DNA from: a virus
DNA length: 42,013 nt
Reading direction: 5' to 3' (one strand)
IMG/VR virus record: IMGVR_UViG_3300027796_000005
Position numbers and translations under genes: made by a program. The notes below the pieces were generated by a model. The model saw only the letters and a list, made by a program, of their open reading frames with translations. It was not told the origin of the DNA and did no database searches. Below are positions 31,850-41,430 of this stretch, piece after piece (the first letter of the stretch is position 1; every line of letters begins with the position of its first letter).

Positions 31850-33210
31850 TGGATATATTAACAGTAAACAATACAACTTACTTACCTGAGGCTAAGGCAA
31901 TCATCATTCAGACACCATCTATTGAGGCATTCAATGAGCCTGATAGTACGATTGATGTAGGTAAGTATAAGAAGATAGTTCCAAATGGAGTCAACAACGA
32001 TATGCCACAGCAGGTAATTGCTAAGGTAGAGAAGTGTGAGGTAGTTGGCTCTAACTTGCAATTCAACATCATGGCGGCTTATGGTCAGGGTATCAAAGCA
32101 TTCAGGAAAATTGGCAAAGGTAAGGATGCTACTTATGAGGAAATTGAGGAAGGTGAGATATACGACTTTCTATTAGACAACAACATCAATCTGTTTGCCC
32201 TTGAGTCATTCACTGATATGCATACCTTTTTCAATGTATACCCCGAAATCATCCTTTCGAAAGACTACTCTAAAATTGTTTCCTTACGAGCAAAAGAGGC
32301 GGCATTCAGTCGCTGGCAAAGTATGGATAAGAATACAGGTCGGATAATGAAACACTTCTATTGTGGAAAGTGGGATAATTCACCTACTGAAGATGACATC
32401 ACAGAAACAGATGTTCTTGACCGTTATAACCCATTACATGACCTGCAGCAGCGAATTGAAAAAAGAGGGGATGTACCTTATCGCTTCATTGTGCCTGTTT
32501 CCTTCTCTACTCCTGGTCGGTCATATTATCAGCGTGCTTATTGGTGGTCAATTTTCCTAAGTGGTTGGTACGATTATTTAATGATGGTTCCGAACTTTAA
32601 AAAGGCATTGATGAAAAATCAATTGGGAGTTCGTTACATCATCTATTTGACAGAAAAATATTGGGAACAACTTTTTGAAAATGAAAATATAGATATCAAT
32701 GACAAAGAGGCTGTAGCTACCAGAAAATTGCAGGAAAATACCAACTTTCAAAACTTCCTGACTGGTGAAGAAAATGCAGGCAAGGGAATTACTGCGCTGA
32801 AAAAAATGGTGCCCTCTGCAAATGGCTCTGTTGAAGAAAAATTCATCGAAATTATTGAAGTGCCTAACTCAATGAAAGGTGGTGAATTTATAGCCGATTC
32901 ACAAGAAGCCGCTTCAATCGTTTCGTATGCTATGCAGGTGCATCAACCGCTGATCGGCAACCCTCCGAAAGATTCAGGCTCGTTGTCAGGCTCGGATGCC
33001 CGTGAGCGTTTCATGATGAAAGTAGGTTTGATGGCTGTGTATCGCGATCAGATCCTAAGCGTTCTTCACCTGATCAGGCGTTTCAACAACTGGGGTAACG
33101 ACATCGTTTTCAAAATACCTGATTTCGAGTTCACAACGCTTGATGATAATAAATCAGGCAAACAACCTGTAATTCAAACTGCTCAAAAAGAAGAAAATGC
33201 TGGTAAATAA
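31849..33210 (+). CDS. Putative portal protein
   Basis: 453 aa and the first large plus-strand gene after terL (ignoring the island). Size and position fit a portal, but no diagnostic motif was recognised. Confidence 0.55.
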   Translation: MDILTVNNTTYLPEAKAIIIQTPSIEAFNEPDSTIDVGKYKKIVPNGVNNDMPQQVIAKVEKCEVVGSNLQFNIMAAYGQGIKAFRKIGKGKDATYEEIEEGEIYDFLLDNNINLFALESFTDMHTFFNVYPEIILSKDYSKIVSLRAKEAAFSRWQSMDKNTGRIMKHFYCGKWDNSPTEDDITETDVLDRYNPLHDLQQRIEKRGDVPYRFIVPVSFSTPGRSYYQRAYWWSIFLSGWYDYLMMVPNFKKALMKNQLGVRYIIYLTEKYWEQLFENENIDINDKEAVATRKLQENTNFQNFLTGEENAGKGITALKKMVPSANGSVEEKFIEIIEVPNSMKGGEFIADSQEAASIVSYAMQVHQPLIGNPPKDSGSLSGSDARERFMMKVGLMAVYRDQILSVLHLIRRFNNWGNDIVFKIPDFEFTTLDDNKSGKQPVIQTAQKEENAGK

Positions 33211-34072
33211 CATAAACACCTTAAAAAGTCACATCCCGACAATCGTATCGGGTGAGTTTGACAAATACTCGACCTATATGGCCGATGCCAATAACTATAT
33301 CAAGCGTGAACTGCTCGGATCAGACCTATACGAAGTAATCAAGGATCTCACTTCAACACCTCCTGAAGCTCCTGAGGGTGGTGGTGAAACTCCTGCCGAT
33401 CATTCAGCCCTGGTATTGCGGGCTGAGGCTGTTGTTTCTGCAAAAGGGTACATCGCTTGTATTCCATTCCTGGACCTTATTCAAACTGAGAGCGGTTTCG
33501 GAGTTACACGCACCGATAAGATTGCTCCGGCATCACCGGAAAGGGTAAAAGCACTCATTGCCGGTACCCAACAGAAACTCAGCGATGCAATTGAGGAATT
33601 GATTGACTACCTCGAAGAAACCGACACTTATCATGAGGACTGGAAGGGTTCACCTGCCTACACGCTGCTTTCTGATACCTACATCGAAACACTGCGCGAA
33701 TTTCGTGGTTATGCAGCATTTACTGGCAACCGGTTAGATTTCATCAAAGCAAAACCCCGGATGCTGGAGGCTATTAATTTCCGTATTTGCCCGGTCATCA
33801 GCCAGGAACTAAACGATGAAATAATTGAACAAATCCGCGATGAAGATCTCACCGATGACAACAAATCAATTCTCCCTCATCTCAAGTTTGCATTTGCACT
33901 TTTCACCATTGGTGAAGAAAAATCAGCTACCTCTTACCTTATGCGCGTTCGCAAAGTCATCACTACAACTCCCGATAACTACCCTACTTTCAAAACAAGC
34001 GCTCTCTATGCCACAATTCAGGCTCAAACAACAACCGAAAATTCAGGATCAATCTTCAGAACCCCGTTATGA
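33197..34072 (+). CDS. Hypothetical head-module protein
   Basis: 291-aa ORF overlapping the portal end by 14 nt. Confidence 0.55.
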   Translation: MLVNNINTLKSHIPTIVSGEFDKYSTYMADANNYIKRELLGSDLYEVIKDLTSTPPEAPEGGGETPADHSALVLRAEAVVSAKGYIACIPFLDLIQTESGFGVTRTDKIAPASPERVKALIAGTQQKLSDAIEELIDYLEETDTYHEDWKGSPAYTLLSDTYIETLREFRGYAAFTGNRLDFIKAKPRMLEAINFRICPVISQELNDEIIEQIRDEDLTDDNKSILPHLKFAFALFTIGEEKSATSYLMRVRKVITTTPDNYPTFKTSALYATIQAQTTTENSGSIFRTPL

Positions 34073-34836
34073 TAAAAATAATGTTGAAATCGGTCGAGGC
34101 TTGGGATAAGCTCACACCCAAACAACTGCTGATAGTTGCCAGTATTGCTTTACGTCCTAACTATGAGAAATCCTTCACCACAAAGGTTTTTCTCAGGCTT
34201 AACGGTTTACGTGTGAAAAAGGGTTACACCCTTATAATGACCGATGACGGCCACAACTTCAAATCGTACATCTTTCAAATGAACTGGAAGCGGCCCTTCA
34301 CCATTTCAGCCAACATTTTCGCATCGATGGTAAAAAAATTCGAGTGGCTTGAGCAAGATATCACCCTGTTTCACTGCCTTCCAAAGATTGGACGTTACCA
34401 GGCTTCCGATTACCGGCTATACAATTGCACCCTTGAGCAATATTTGTTTGCCGATAACCTTTATGGCGCTTATGCTTCAACCCGTCAACGTAAATACCTG
34501 AGACAGCTTACGGCTGTTTTTTATCATAAAGCAAAAGAATCATTCGATTCTTCAAAAGTTGCGGGGCGGTCCAGTCGTTTCAGGTTTACACAAATGAACC
34601 GGCTTTTTGCTACTTATCTCTGGTATACTGGAGTAAAGAAATGGATCATGAACAAATATCCTTACATTTTCGAAGGTGGTGGATCCGGAGCCACAATGCC
34701 TCCCGATGAGTCAATTCTCAACCTATTGTCGAACCTAAACCAGGGCGACATCACCAAAAACGAAATCATCTTGAAGACACACGTTCATGAGGCTCTTTAT
34801 CAATTGAACCTTTTTGCCAAAAAATCACAGGAATAA
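34069..34836 (+). CDS. Hypothetical protein
   Basis: 255-aa ORF with an ATGA overlap to the upstream gene. Confidence 0.55.
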   Translation: MIKIMLKSVEAWDKLTPKQLLIVASIALRPNYEKSFTTKVFLRLNGLRVKKGYTLIMTDDGHNFKSYIFQMNWKRPFTISANIFASMVKKFEWLEQDITLFHCLPKIGRYQASDYRLYNCTLEQYLFADNLYGAYASTRQRKYLRQLTAVFYHKAKESFDSSKVAGRSSRFRFTQMNRLFATYLWYTGVKKWIMNKYPYIFEGGGSGATMPPDESILNLLSNLNQGDITKNEIILKTHVHEALYQLNLFAKKSQE

Positions 34837-34979
34837 TGGATGGATTTAAACCGCTAGGCGATCTAAAAGAATGGCACGTATTTGCGGGCTTATTTCTTGG
34901 TTTATTAGGACTTATTAGTGTTATTATACTAGTTGTGAGAACATTTATTTGGATAATTAATCATGTAACAATTCAATAA
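34836..34979 (+). CDS. Small single-pass membrane protein (47 aa)
   Basis: TAATG overlaps at both ends (34834-38 and 34977-81). Hand translation gives MDGFKPLGDLKEWHVFAGLFLGLLGLISVIILVVRTFIWIINHVTIQ*. Confidence 0.55.
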   Translation: MDGFKPLGDLKEWHVFAGLFLGLLGLISVIILVVRTFIWIINHVTIQ

Positions 34980-35461
34980 TGTACGATCAATACACTGAAA
35001 TACAGAAAATCTTGACAAATGTCCCGGAAATCAAACAGATTCACCGGGCTTCAGGTATTGGAGAGCTTGAAGAAATTCTCCAGGAGAAACTCAGATCGCT
35101 TCAGCTACCTTTAATTGTTGTTGAAGATGATGGCAATGGCTTCTTTTCTTTAGAGGGAAGAAATCTCGACAGCAAGTATTTCTCATTCTTCATTCTCGAT
35201 CGTCCAACAGCCGGCAGTAGCTCAAGCCGAAAAGAAAAACTGTTGATATGCAGAAAGGCTGCACTCAAGCTATTTTCGAAAATGAAACCGTTGGCTGTTA
35301 ATTTTGGCGATCCCTTTTATGGAATAGACTTCTCCCGGATCGACTATTCCCAAATTGGCCCCATTGCCGATGGCTTGCATGGCTATTCGTTTAGCTACCT
35401 TATGCGCGACGAAAACTTTAACATGGTCGATCCTGAACCCGAACCAAATCCCGGACCATAA
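34979..35461 (+). CDS. Hypothetical head-tail/tail protein
   Basis: 160-aa ORF in the structural operon. Confidence 0.55.
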   Translation: MYDQYTEIQKILTNVPEIKQIHRASGIGELEEILQEKLRSLQLPLIVVEDDGNGFFSLEGRNLDSKYFSFFILDRPTAGSSSSRKEKLLICRKAALKLFSKMKPLAVNFGDPFYGIDFSRIDYSQIGPIADGLHGYSFSYLMRDENFNMVDPEPEPNPGP

Positions 35462-35832
35462 TGGAGCAAACCCAAACCGTTGAAGCGTGGGCTAAGTATG
35501 TTATTGAGCGCTGGGAGCTTGAGATCGTAAGGCTTGGGATCAACAATACCGGACAATTGCTTCGCAGTTTTACTTCAGAAATTATTACACAGGCAAATGG
35601 CAATGTAGATCGCATCATCTTCGCATTCGAATACTACGGCAAATTCATCGATATGGGTGTAGGTCGTGGGGTTACCGTTGCTGAAGTTGCTCAAAGTGGC
35701 CGTACTCCTAAGCCCTGGTACAATACGGTTTTCTTTGGACAGGTAAAAAGGCTTGGTGAGATTTTGGCGGAAAAATACAGCAAAGCAGCTATCATGGCAA
35801 TTGTTGAAAGCATTGAAATTGCAAAAGCTTAG
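35461..35832 (+). CDS. Hypothetical tail-module protein
   Basis: 123-aa ORF with a TAATG overlap to the upstream gene. Confidence 0.55.
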   Translation: MEQTQTVEAWAKYVIERWELEIVRLGINNTGQLLRSFTSEIITQANGNVDRIIFAFEYYGKFIDMGVGRGVTVAEVAQSGRTPKPWYNTVFFGQVKRLGEILAEKYSKAAIMAIVESIEIAKA

Positions 35833-35888
35833 TAGACCTTTCCTAATTTTTTTCTAAATTGCTCCCTAAACCAATTAAATAAACCACT

Positions 35889-36224
35889 ATGAAAAAATTA
35901 TTATTCCTGTTTCTTTTGTTGCCAACTTTTTGTTTTTCCCAACGAATACAGTCGGAAAAAGGTGATATTATTGATTTGAAATTAGATTCAAGTCAATATA
36001 TCAATGTTATTTTTGTTACAGGAGGTTTAGTTTCAAATCATACTGTAATTTTCAACAACAATTTGCCTTGGTCATTTATCGACAGCAATGACAAAAAAGA
36101 AAAATTTGCAAACATCACGTTATTAATGAATTATATGTATAAGTATGATTGGGAATTTCTTTGCTTCCTTCCAAAATCAGCAGAATCAACAGCAACAATC
36201 ATGACCTTTAAGCGAAAGAAGTAA
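35889..36224 (+). CDS. Secreted protein or lipoprotein encoded by a moron-like insert
   Basis: 111 aa with signal peptide MKKLLFLFLLLPTFCFSQ. The gene is AT-rich, has its own intergenic spacer upstream and a terminator downstream, and sits between tail genes and the tape measure gene. Confidence 0.6.
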   Translation: MKKLLFLFLLLPTFCFSQRIQSEKGDIIDLKLDSSQYINVIFVTGGLVSNHTVIFNNNLPWSFIDSNDKKEKFANITLLMNYMYKYDWEFLCFLPKSAESTATIMTFKRKK

Positions 36225-36242
36225 TATAATTTCATAAACCTA

Positions 36243-36270
36243 AGCCCTGGCACTCCACCGGGGCTTTTTT
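36243..36270 (+). terminator. Intrinsic terminator
   Basis: AGCCCTGG pairs with CCGGGGCT (one G-U wobble), followed by TTTTTT. Confidence 0.7.
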
Positions 36271-36354
36271 GTGCCTGCACGCCATAGCCGTAGGCGACGG
36301 CGTGTCCTTTTCCCCACCCCATCACCTTCTTACATTGCTGAAAATCTTACAGCA

Positions 36355-39300
36355 ATGGCAAACGAACGCGCAACCGCTCAAGTATTTCTCGATGGCAAAC
36401 AGGCCGAAGGGGTTATCGACATGCTCAAAACAAAAGCAAACCAGCTAAAGCAAGCAATTGTAGAAGCTGGTCAGGCTGGAGATCATGTGACAATGAAAAA
36501 GCTTGAGAAAGAACTCAAAGGGGTCAATTCTTCAATGAACACATTGAAGAAAGAAACCTTCGACGTTCAAAAAGTGCTCGACAACCTATCCGGCGCCTCC
36601 ATCAACGATCTGAACAAAGCGCTCAATAAAACAAATGCCGAAATGAAACGCATGGGCCGTCAGGATCCTGGCTACGGCGCATTGAAAACTCAGGCAAAAT
36701 TACTCAAGGCTGAATTGGCAGGGGTTAACAACGAAATGAAGGTTCAGCAATCGTGGATCTCACGGGTTGGTGATGGCTTCAATAAATATTTCGGCATCAT
36801 CACAGCTGGGGCGGCTTCGCTGGCGGGCGCCGTTATGGGCTTTAAAAAAGCGTCAGGTGCTTATGCTGAATTTACCGATGATGTTGCCGATGTACAAAAA
36901 ACTACGGGGCTTGCAAAAGATCAAGTAATTGAACTTGATCAAGCATTACAGCAGGTTGATACACGCACAGCGCAGGAAGATCTTTTGGGGTTAGCAAAAG
37001 TTGCCGGTAAATTAGGTATTTCGGCACAGGAAGATGTTGAAGGTTTTGTAAAAGCAGCCGATAAAATTGCAGTAGCACTTACAGAGGATTTGGGAGGGAA
37101 TATTGAAGAGTCAATTAATGACATTGGAAAACTAACCGACATTTTCCACCTAAAGGAAAATTACGGCATGGAGGAATCGATGCTTAAAGTTGGATCGGCA
37201 ATCAACAGCTTAGGAGCTGCCAGTACAGCCAATGAAGGCTATATTGTCGAATTTACCAAACGTATGGCAGGTGTTGCCCCTGCCGCGAATGTGTCAATTG
37301 ATCAGATAATGGGGTTGGGCGCCACCCTCGACCAGTTTGGACAAACAAGCGAAATCTCAAGTACAACTATTTCGGCAGTTTTGGTAGATATGTTCAAGTC
37401 TCCCGGTCAGTATGCCGAAATTGCAGGTATATCGATCAAAGATTTCAATACGTTGCTCAAAACCGATTCGAACGAAGCTTTTTTGAAATTTCTCGAAGGG
37501 CTAAAAGGCAACAATGGCGGCTTATCAGAAATGGCAAACAAGCTCGACGGCCTTGGACTGGAGGGAAAGCGTTCTATTTCTGTTTTGGGAGTTTTGTCGA
37601 ACAACACGCAAACACTGAGGGAGCAACAAGCTCTTTCATCACAGGAGTTTGAAAAAGGAACATCCCTCACCAACGAGTTCAACATTAAAAACGAAACAAC
37701 TCAGGCTAAACTCGATAAGTCGAGAAAAGAAATGGCTTTGATGACGCGTGAGCTTGGTGAAAACCTTTCTCCGGCTATGTTAGTAAGCACTAACGGGGTT
37801 ACTTACTTCATAAAAGGATTGTCAGCGCTCATTAAATTATTTAAAGAACATGGCACTGAAATTCTCCTAATTGCCGGGGCTATTGCCGCGTACACTATCG
37901 CATTGCAAGTAAATACAATTAAGAAAAAATTAAACAATACTGAATTGATTCTCAGTAACAGAGAATTAAAGCTTAATGCAATTTGGACAAAAGCTTCCTC
38001 TGCAGCGCAAAAAGCATGGGGAACAGCCGTTGCAGTTGCTACAGGTAAAATAACGATTGCTGAAATTGTTACAAAATTGTGGAACAATACCTTAAAAGCT
38101 AATCCAATTGGTGCTGTTATTGCGCTTATTATGCTCCTCGTTGCAGGCACTGTTTTGCTGGTCAAACACATGAACGCGCAAACAGTAGCTCAAAAAGCTG
38201 TAAACGATGTCACTGAACAGGCAAAGCGTGATATTGTAGAGCAAAAAGTAAAAACCGAGGAATTGCTGGCTGTTGCTAAAGACGAAAAGAAAAGCCTTGA
38301 TGAACGGAAGGCCGCTTTGGCAGAACTCAACAAAATATCTCCCGAATACTTTGGAAACCTGTCAATAGAAAAGAGCACTACCGAAGATCTCACCAAAGCC
38401 GGTGAAGCCTATATAGCCAATCTCGAGAAACAGGCATTGATAAAGGCAGCTCAAGCGAAAATAGACGATTTGCGCACAGCGAACGCGAACAAAGAAATTG
38501 ATATTCAGACTAAAAAAACAAAGTGGTGGGAGTCTGAAGCCGGAGCTGCTAAAAGGGCCAATAAGGCAATCGTCGAAAACAAAGATGCCATCAAAGCGCT
38601 CCAGGGAATTGTCGATAAGAATAAAAATAAAACCATTACCAGCACTGTAATTGCTTCAACCGAGCCAACTAACCCGGCCGATCCAACAAAACCAAAACCA
38701 GTTACTGATTACGAGGCTGCTAATAAGAAAGCTCTCGAAGCCCTTGAAACTGCCCATGCCAATGAGATACTTAACCTTAAAAAGTATTATTCCGATAAAG
38801 AAGACCTTGATAAAGAATTCAAAGCCCGGATGTTGGCTTCAGAGTTGGCTTATCTTCGGTTAAAAGATCAGATGGAACCCGATGAATTGAAGAAAATTGA
38901 ACTTCAATCACAAATAATTGACAAACAGAATGAATACACAGCAGCATTAAAAGAGGCTGCTCCCGCGATGCTTCAAAATCAAGATGCAACTCAAAAAACT
39001 AATGAAATATTACTTGAGTCATCTAAGTTAATGGGTGTGGCGGCAAAAAAACAATCTGATGCTACGTCTGCCCTCGATAAGTTAACCACTAAACAAAAAC
39101 AGCAAGCCGATACAATTCAAATGATTGGAAATGTCATGACTGATTATATCACATCTGCAATCGATGGTTCAACAGATCAATATCAAACATTTGGAAATAC
39201 ATTAATATTAATGTCTCTCCAGATATTAAAGAATATGGTTCCAGTTTGGGCTGCTCAAATACTTGGGCTTTCCCTTGCATCCGGTGAATCAGCCGCTACA

Positions 39301-39840
39301 TGGGGAATTGCGGGTATGGCCAAATTCGCTGTTGTATCGGGTTTAATGTACGCTGGTATTTCAGCTCTAGAGGGCCAGGTTAAAAAGAATATTGGAAATG
39401 GCAAAGCAGCAGGTGGTTTCGCCAATCCAGGCGGAAAGTACGATCCTGATGGAATCTATCACAAAGGAGAATTCATCAACGCCCAGGAATCGGTCAATAA
39501 CCCTACCGTCCGGCCGGTCCTTGATATCATCGATTTTGCCCAGAAAAACGGCACAGCGGCCAGTATCAACCTTCCCGCGGCAATGGCATCAAAAGGTTTG
39601 CTACCCGGCAAAGGGAAATCTTCAGGTGGGTTTGCTTCCTCTTCTGGATCCTCATCAGCTGAATCCGGCTCTGACTATTCCGGCAGCTACGATTCCGAAA
39701 CCAAAGCGATCATGAAGGGTGTTTTTAATTTTTTAGAAAAACTCGATAAGGATGGGGTAAAATCGAACATCAATACTCGCGAGATATTCAAATCTGAATC
39801 AGATTATCAGGACTCAATCAAAACCTCACAATTTTCATAA
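36355..39840 (+). CDS. Tail tape measure protein
   Basis: 1161 aa from ATG 36355. Has long coiled coils, TP901-type core-like segments (KVAGKLGISAQEDVEGFVKAADKIAVAL..DLGGN) and central TM segments. The track start at 36271 is a GTG inside the terminator region. Confidence 0.8.
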   Translation: MANERATAQVFLDGKQAEGVIDMLKTKANQLKQAIVEAGQAGDHVTMKKLEKELKGVNSSMNTLKKETFDVQKVLDNLSGASINDLNKALNKTNAEMKRMGRQDPGYGALKTQAKLLKAELAGVNNEMKVQQSWISRVGDGFNKYFGIITAGAASLAGAVMGFKKASGAYAEFTDDVADVQKTTGLAKDQVIELDQALQQVDTRTAQEDLLGLAKVAGKLGISAQEDVEGFVKAADKIAVALTEDLGGNIEESINDIGKLTDIFHLKENYGMEESMLKVGSAINSLGAASTANEGYIVEFTKRMAGVAPAANVSIDQIMGLGATLDQFGQTSEISSTTISAVLVDMFKSPGQYAEIAGISIKDFNTLLKTDSNEAFLKFLEGLKGNNGGLSEMANKLDGLGLEGKRSISVLGVLSNNTQTLREQQALSSQEFEKGTSLTNEFNIKNETTQAKLDKSRKEMALMTRELGENLSPAMLVSTNGVTYFIKGLSALIKLFKEHGTEILLIAGAIAAYTIALQVNTIKKKLNNTELILSNRELKLNAIWTKASSAAQKAWGTAVAVATGKITIAEIVTKLWNNTLKANPIGAVIALIMLLVAGTVLLVKHMNAQTVAQKAVNDVTEQAKRDIVEQKVKTEELLAVAKDEKKSLDERKAALAELNKISPEYFGNLSIEKSTTEDLTKAGEAYIANLEKQALIKAAQAKIDDLRTANANKEIDIQTKKTKWWESEAGAAKRANKAIVENKDAIKALQGIVDKNKNKTITSTVIASTEPTNPADPTKPKPVTDYEAANKKALEALETAHANEILNLKKYYSDKEDLDKEFKARMLASELAYLRLKDQMEPDELKKIELQSQIIDKQNEYTAALKEAAPAMLQNQDATQKTNEILLESSKLMGVAAKKQSDATSALDKLTTKQKQQADTIQMIGNVMTDYITSAIDGSTDQYQTFGNTLILMSLQILKNMVPVWAAQILGLSLASGESAATWGIAGMAKFAVVSGLMYAGISALEGQVKKNIGNGKAAGGFANPGGKYDPDGIYHKGEFINAQESVNNPTVRPVLDIIDFAQKNGTAASINLPAAMASKGLLPGKGKSSGGFASSSGSSSAESGSDYSGSYDSETKAIMKGVFNFLEKLDKDGVKSNINTREIFKSESDYQDSIKTSQFS

Positions 39841-39841
39841 T

Positions 39842-41182
39842 ATGAAAAACCTGATTTCAATCCTGCACCGCTTATTCCCTTTCCTTGGGAAAGGGTTAGG
39901 GATAGGCTTTTGTTTGTCCTTTCTCCTCTTCTTCTCCTGCACTACCTTTCCCGAAAATGAAAAGCAAGCTATGAGTTTCACCGTATCACTTCCCGGGGGC
40001 GCAGTACAATTAAGCGGCAACCCCATAAACGTAGTGGCCACAACCACCACCACAGGCAAAACAAACCATTTCATGCTATTCCACATCATTAGCACCGATG
40101 GTGCGAATCCTTATGGACCGTGGACCGAGTCAGTACCGGTTAACTCCGGAGGGGCAACACTCGACATTCATGCCCTGCTCGATGCCGATTTCAATTACGA
40201 TTTCTCGAAGGTATTCACCGCTGCAGCTGCAAAAGTGTATGAGCACGACCAGCTAGCCGCAAACTTCACAATTGAAATAGGCGAAACCTACATCGACACA
40301 AACGGCAGCCGTTTTGAAACCGATTTCGACGATGCTGGAGCCGTAATTGCTTCAACAACTATCACAGTTCTCAAAGGCGGGTTATCGACCGCTGAATACT
40401 GCATTTTAGAAGAAAATGGAAAAACGTTTTTTTCGGAATACATCACAAATCCACATTTTTTAACACGGCAACCAGGTGATCAAAAATTACCACTAACAGC
40501 ATGGTTGAAATTATGGTTCATCCCAAACGCTTCTACTCAATATACTATAGTAGTTACAGCAACGTATGCCGATGGAAGTACAATGCAAGAAACATTCATA
40601 CAAACGTGGTCATCGACAAAACTGTATGAAATCAATACAAACATTGCTTGTTGGACAGACATACCAGAAACTCATAATGAAACTACAATTGTAAAACATG
40701 TAATTTCTATCAGGAAAACATCTGGAGGAATTGGTAATGTTTTTGTGATAAACAACGATACAGTATATTACGAAACGATAAATGAATTCTATTATGTGAA
40801 CAATTCTGGAGGTGTCGATCTGTTGCATTGTACTGGCGAATTTTCAGAAGATCCTGAAACCTCTGGAGAAACCTACACCCGCCGCCTGCCGGTATCACCA
40901 ACATCGAAGGAAGCAACAAAAATCTCAGACCGGAAAACAATTGCCAGGCGGTTTAAATGCAACACAGGTTTCATGTCGCTTGAGCAACGCCGCGCACTTC
41001 TCGATTTCCTCAGCTCACCGTATGTATGGTGGAAAACCGATCGCTATATAATTAATTCAGTTACCGATTTCGCATTGCTACCGGTAATAATCAAACCAGG
41101 TACTTTCAGTATCGATACCACCTCCGAAGACCTGAAAGCAATTGAGTTTGAGTTTGAAATAGCACACGTAGACAAGTATTAA
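39842..41182 (+). CDS. Distal tail/baseplate protein candidate with lipoprotein-like N-terminus; start uncertain
   Basis: 446-aa ORF directly after the tape measure gene. The N-terminus MKNLISILHRLFPFLGKGLGIGFCLSFLLFFSC is signal/lipobox-like. The alternative ATG at 39971 (MSFTVSLPGG) follows a hairpin at 39877-95. Confidence 0.55.
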   Translation: MKNLISILHRLFPFLGKGLGIGFCLSFLLFFSCTTFPENEKQAMSFTVSLPGGAVQLSGNPINVVATTTTTGKTNHFMLFHIISTDGANPYGPWTESVPVNSGGATLDIHALLDADFNYDFSKVFTAAAAKVYEHDQLAANFTIEIGETYIDTNGSRFETDFDDAGAVIASTTITVLKGGLSTAEYCILEENGKTFFSEYITNPHFLTRQPGDQKLPLTAWLKLWFIPNASTQYTIVVTATYADGSTMQETFIQTWSSTKLYEINTNIACWTDIPETHNETTIVKHVISIRKTSGGIGNVFVINNDTVYYETINEFYYVNNSGGVDLLHCTGEFSEDPETSGETYTRRLPVSPTSKEATKISDRKTIARRFKCNTGFMSLEQRRALLDFLSSPYVWWKTDRYIINSVTDFALLPVIIKPGTFSIDTTSEDLKAIEFEFEIAHVDKY

Positions 41183-41424
41183 TGTCAATCAATTCCCGAC
41201 ATCGGCTAAAGCAGTTGTTCGAAGATCCTTCGAAACTAACAGCATCAAAGTTCAACGAGTTGATTGATGCCTTGTGGAATCGATCGGGTCGATACGAAAG
41301 TGCGGAGTGTATGAACGGGCCGGCAAACGGTTCTGTATTTCATCACCTTTCGTTTCGAAGCGATTTGCCATTATATGCCAGTACGATGATTTTTGAAGAT
41401 ATGACTGTTGAATGGGTTAATTAA
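41182..41424 (+). CDS. Hypothetical tail-module protein
   Basis: 80-aa ORF with a TAATG overlap to the upstream gene. Confidence 0.5.
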   Translation: MSINSRHRLKQLFEDPSKLTASKFNELIDALWNRSGRYESAECMNGPANGSVFHHLSFRSDLPLYASTMIFEDMTVEWVN

Positions 41425-41430
41425 ATAATT

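Noticed and set aside
35432-35470. Tail-chaperone-type -1 programmed frameshift at the 34979..35461 / 35461..35832 junction
   Set aside because: The second ORF is in the -1 frame, but it has its own ATG overlapping the stop (TAATG). No X-XXY-YYZ slippery heptamer is present upstream.
36271-36354. GTG start at 36271 for the tape measure ORF (MPARHSRRRRR...)
   Set aside because: The extension begins immediately after the upstream terminator's T-tract and runs through a second hairpin. ATG 36355 (MANERATAQ) is the credible start.
39835-40095. Minus-strand ORF 39835..40095
   Set aside because: It runs antisense to the start of the post-tape-measure gene. It has no supporting signals.
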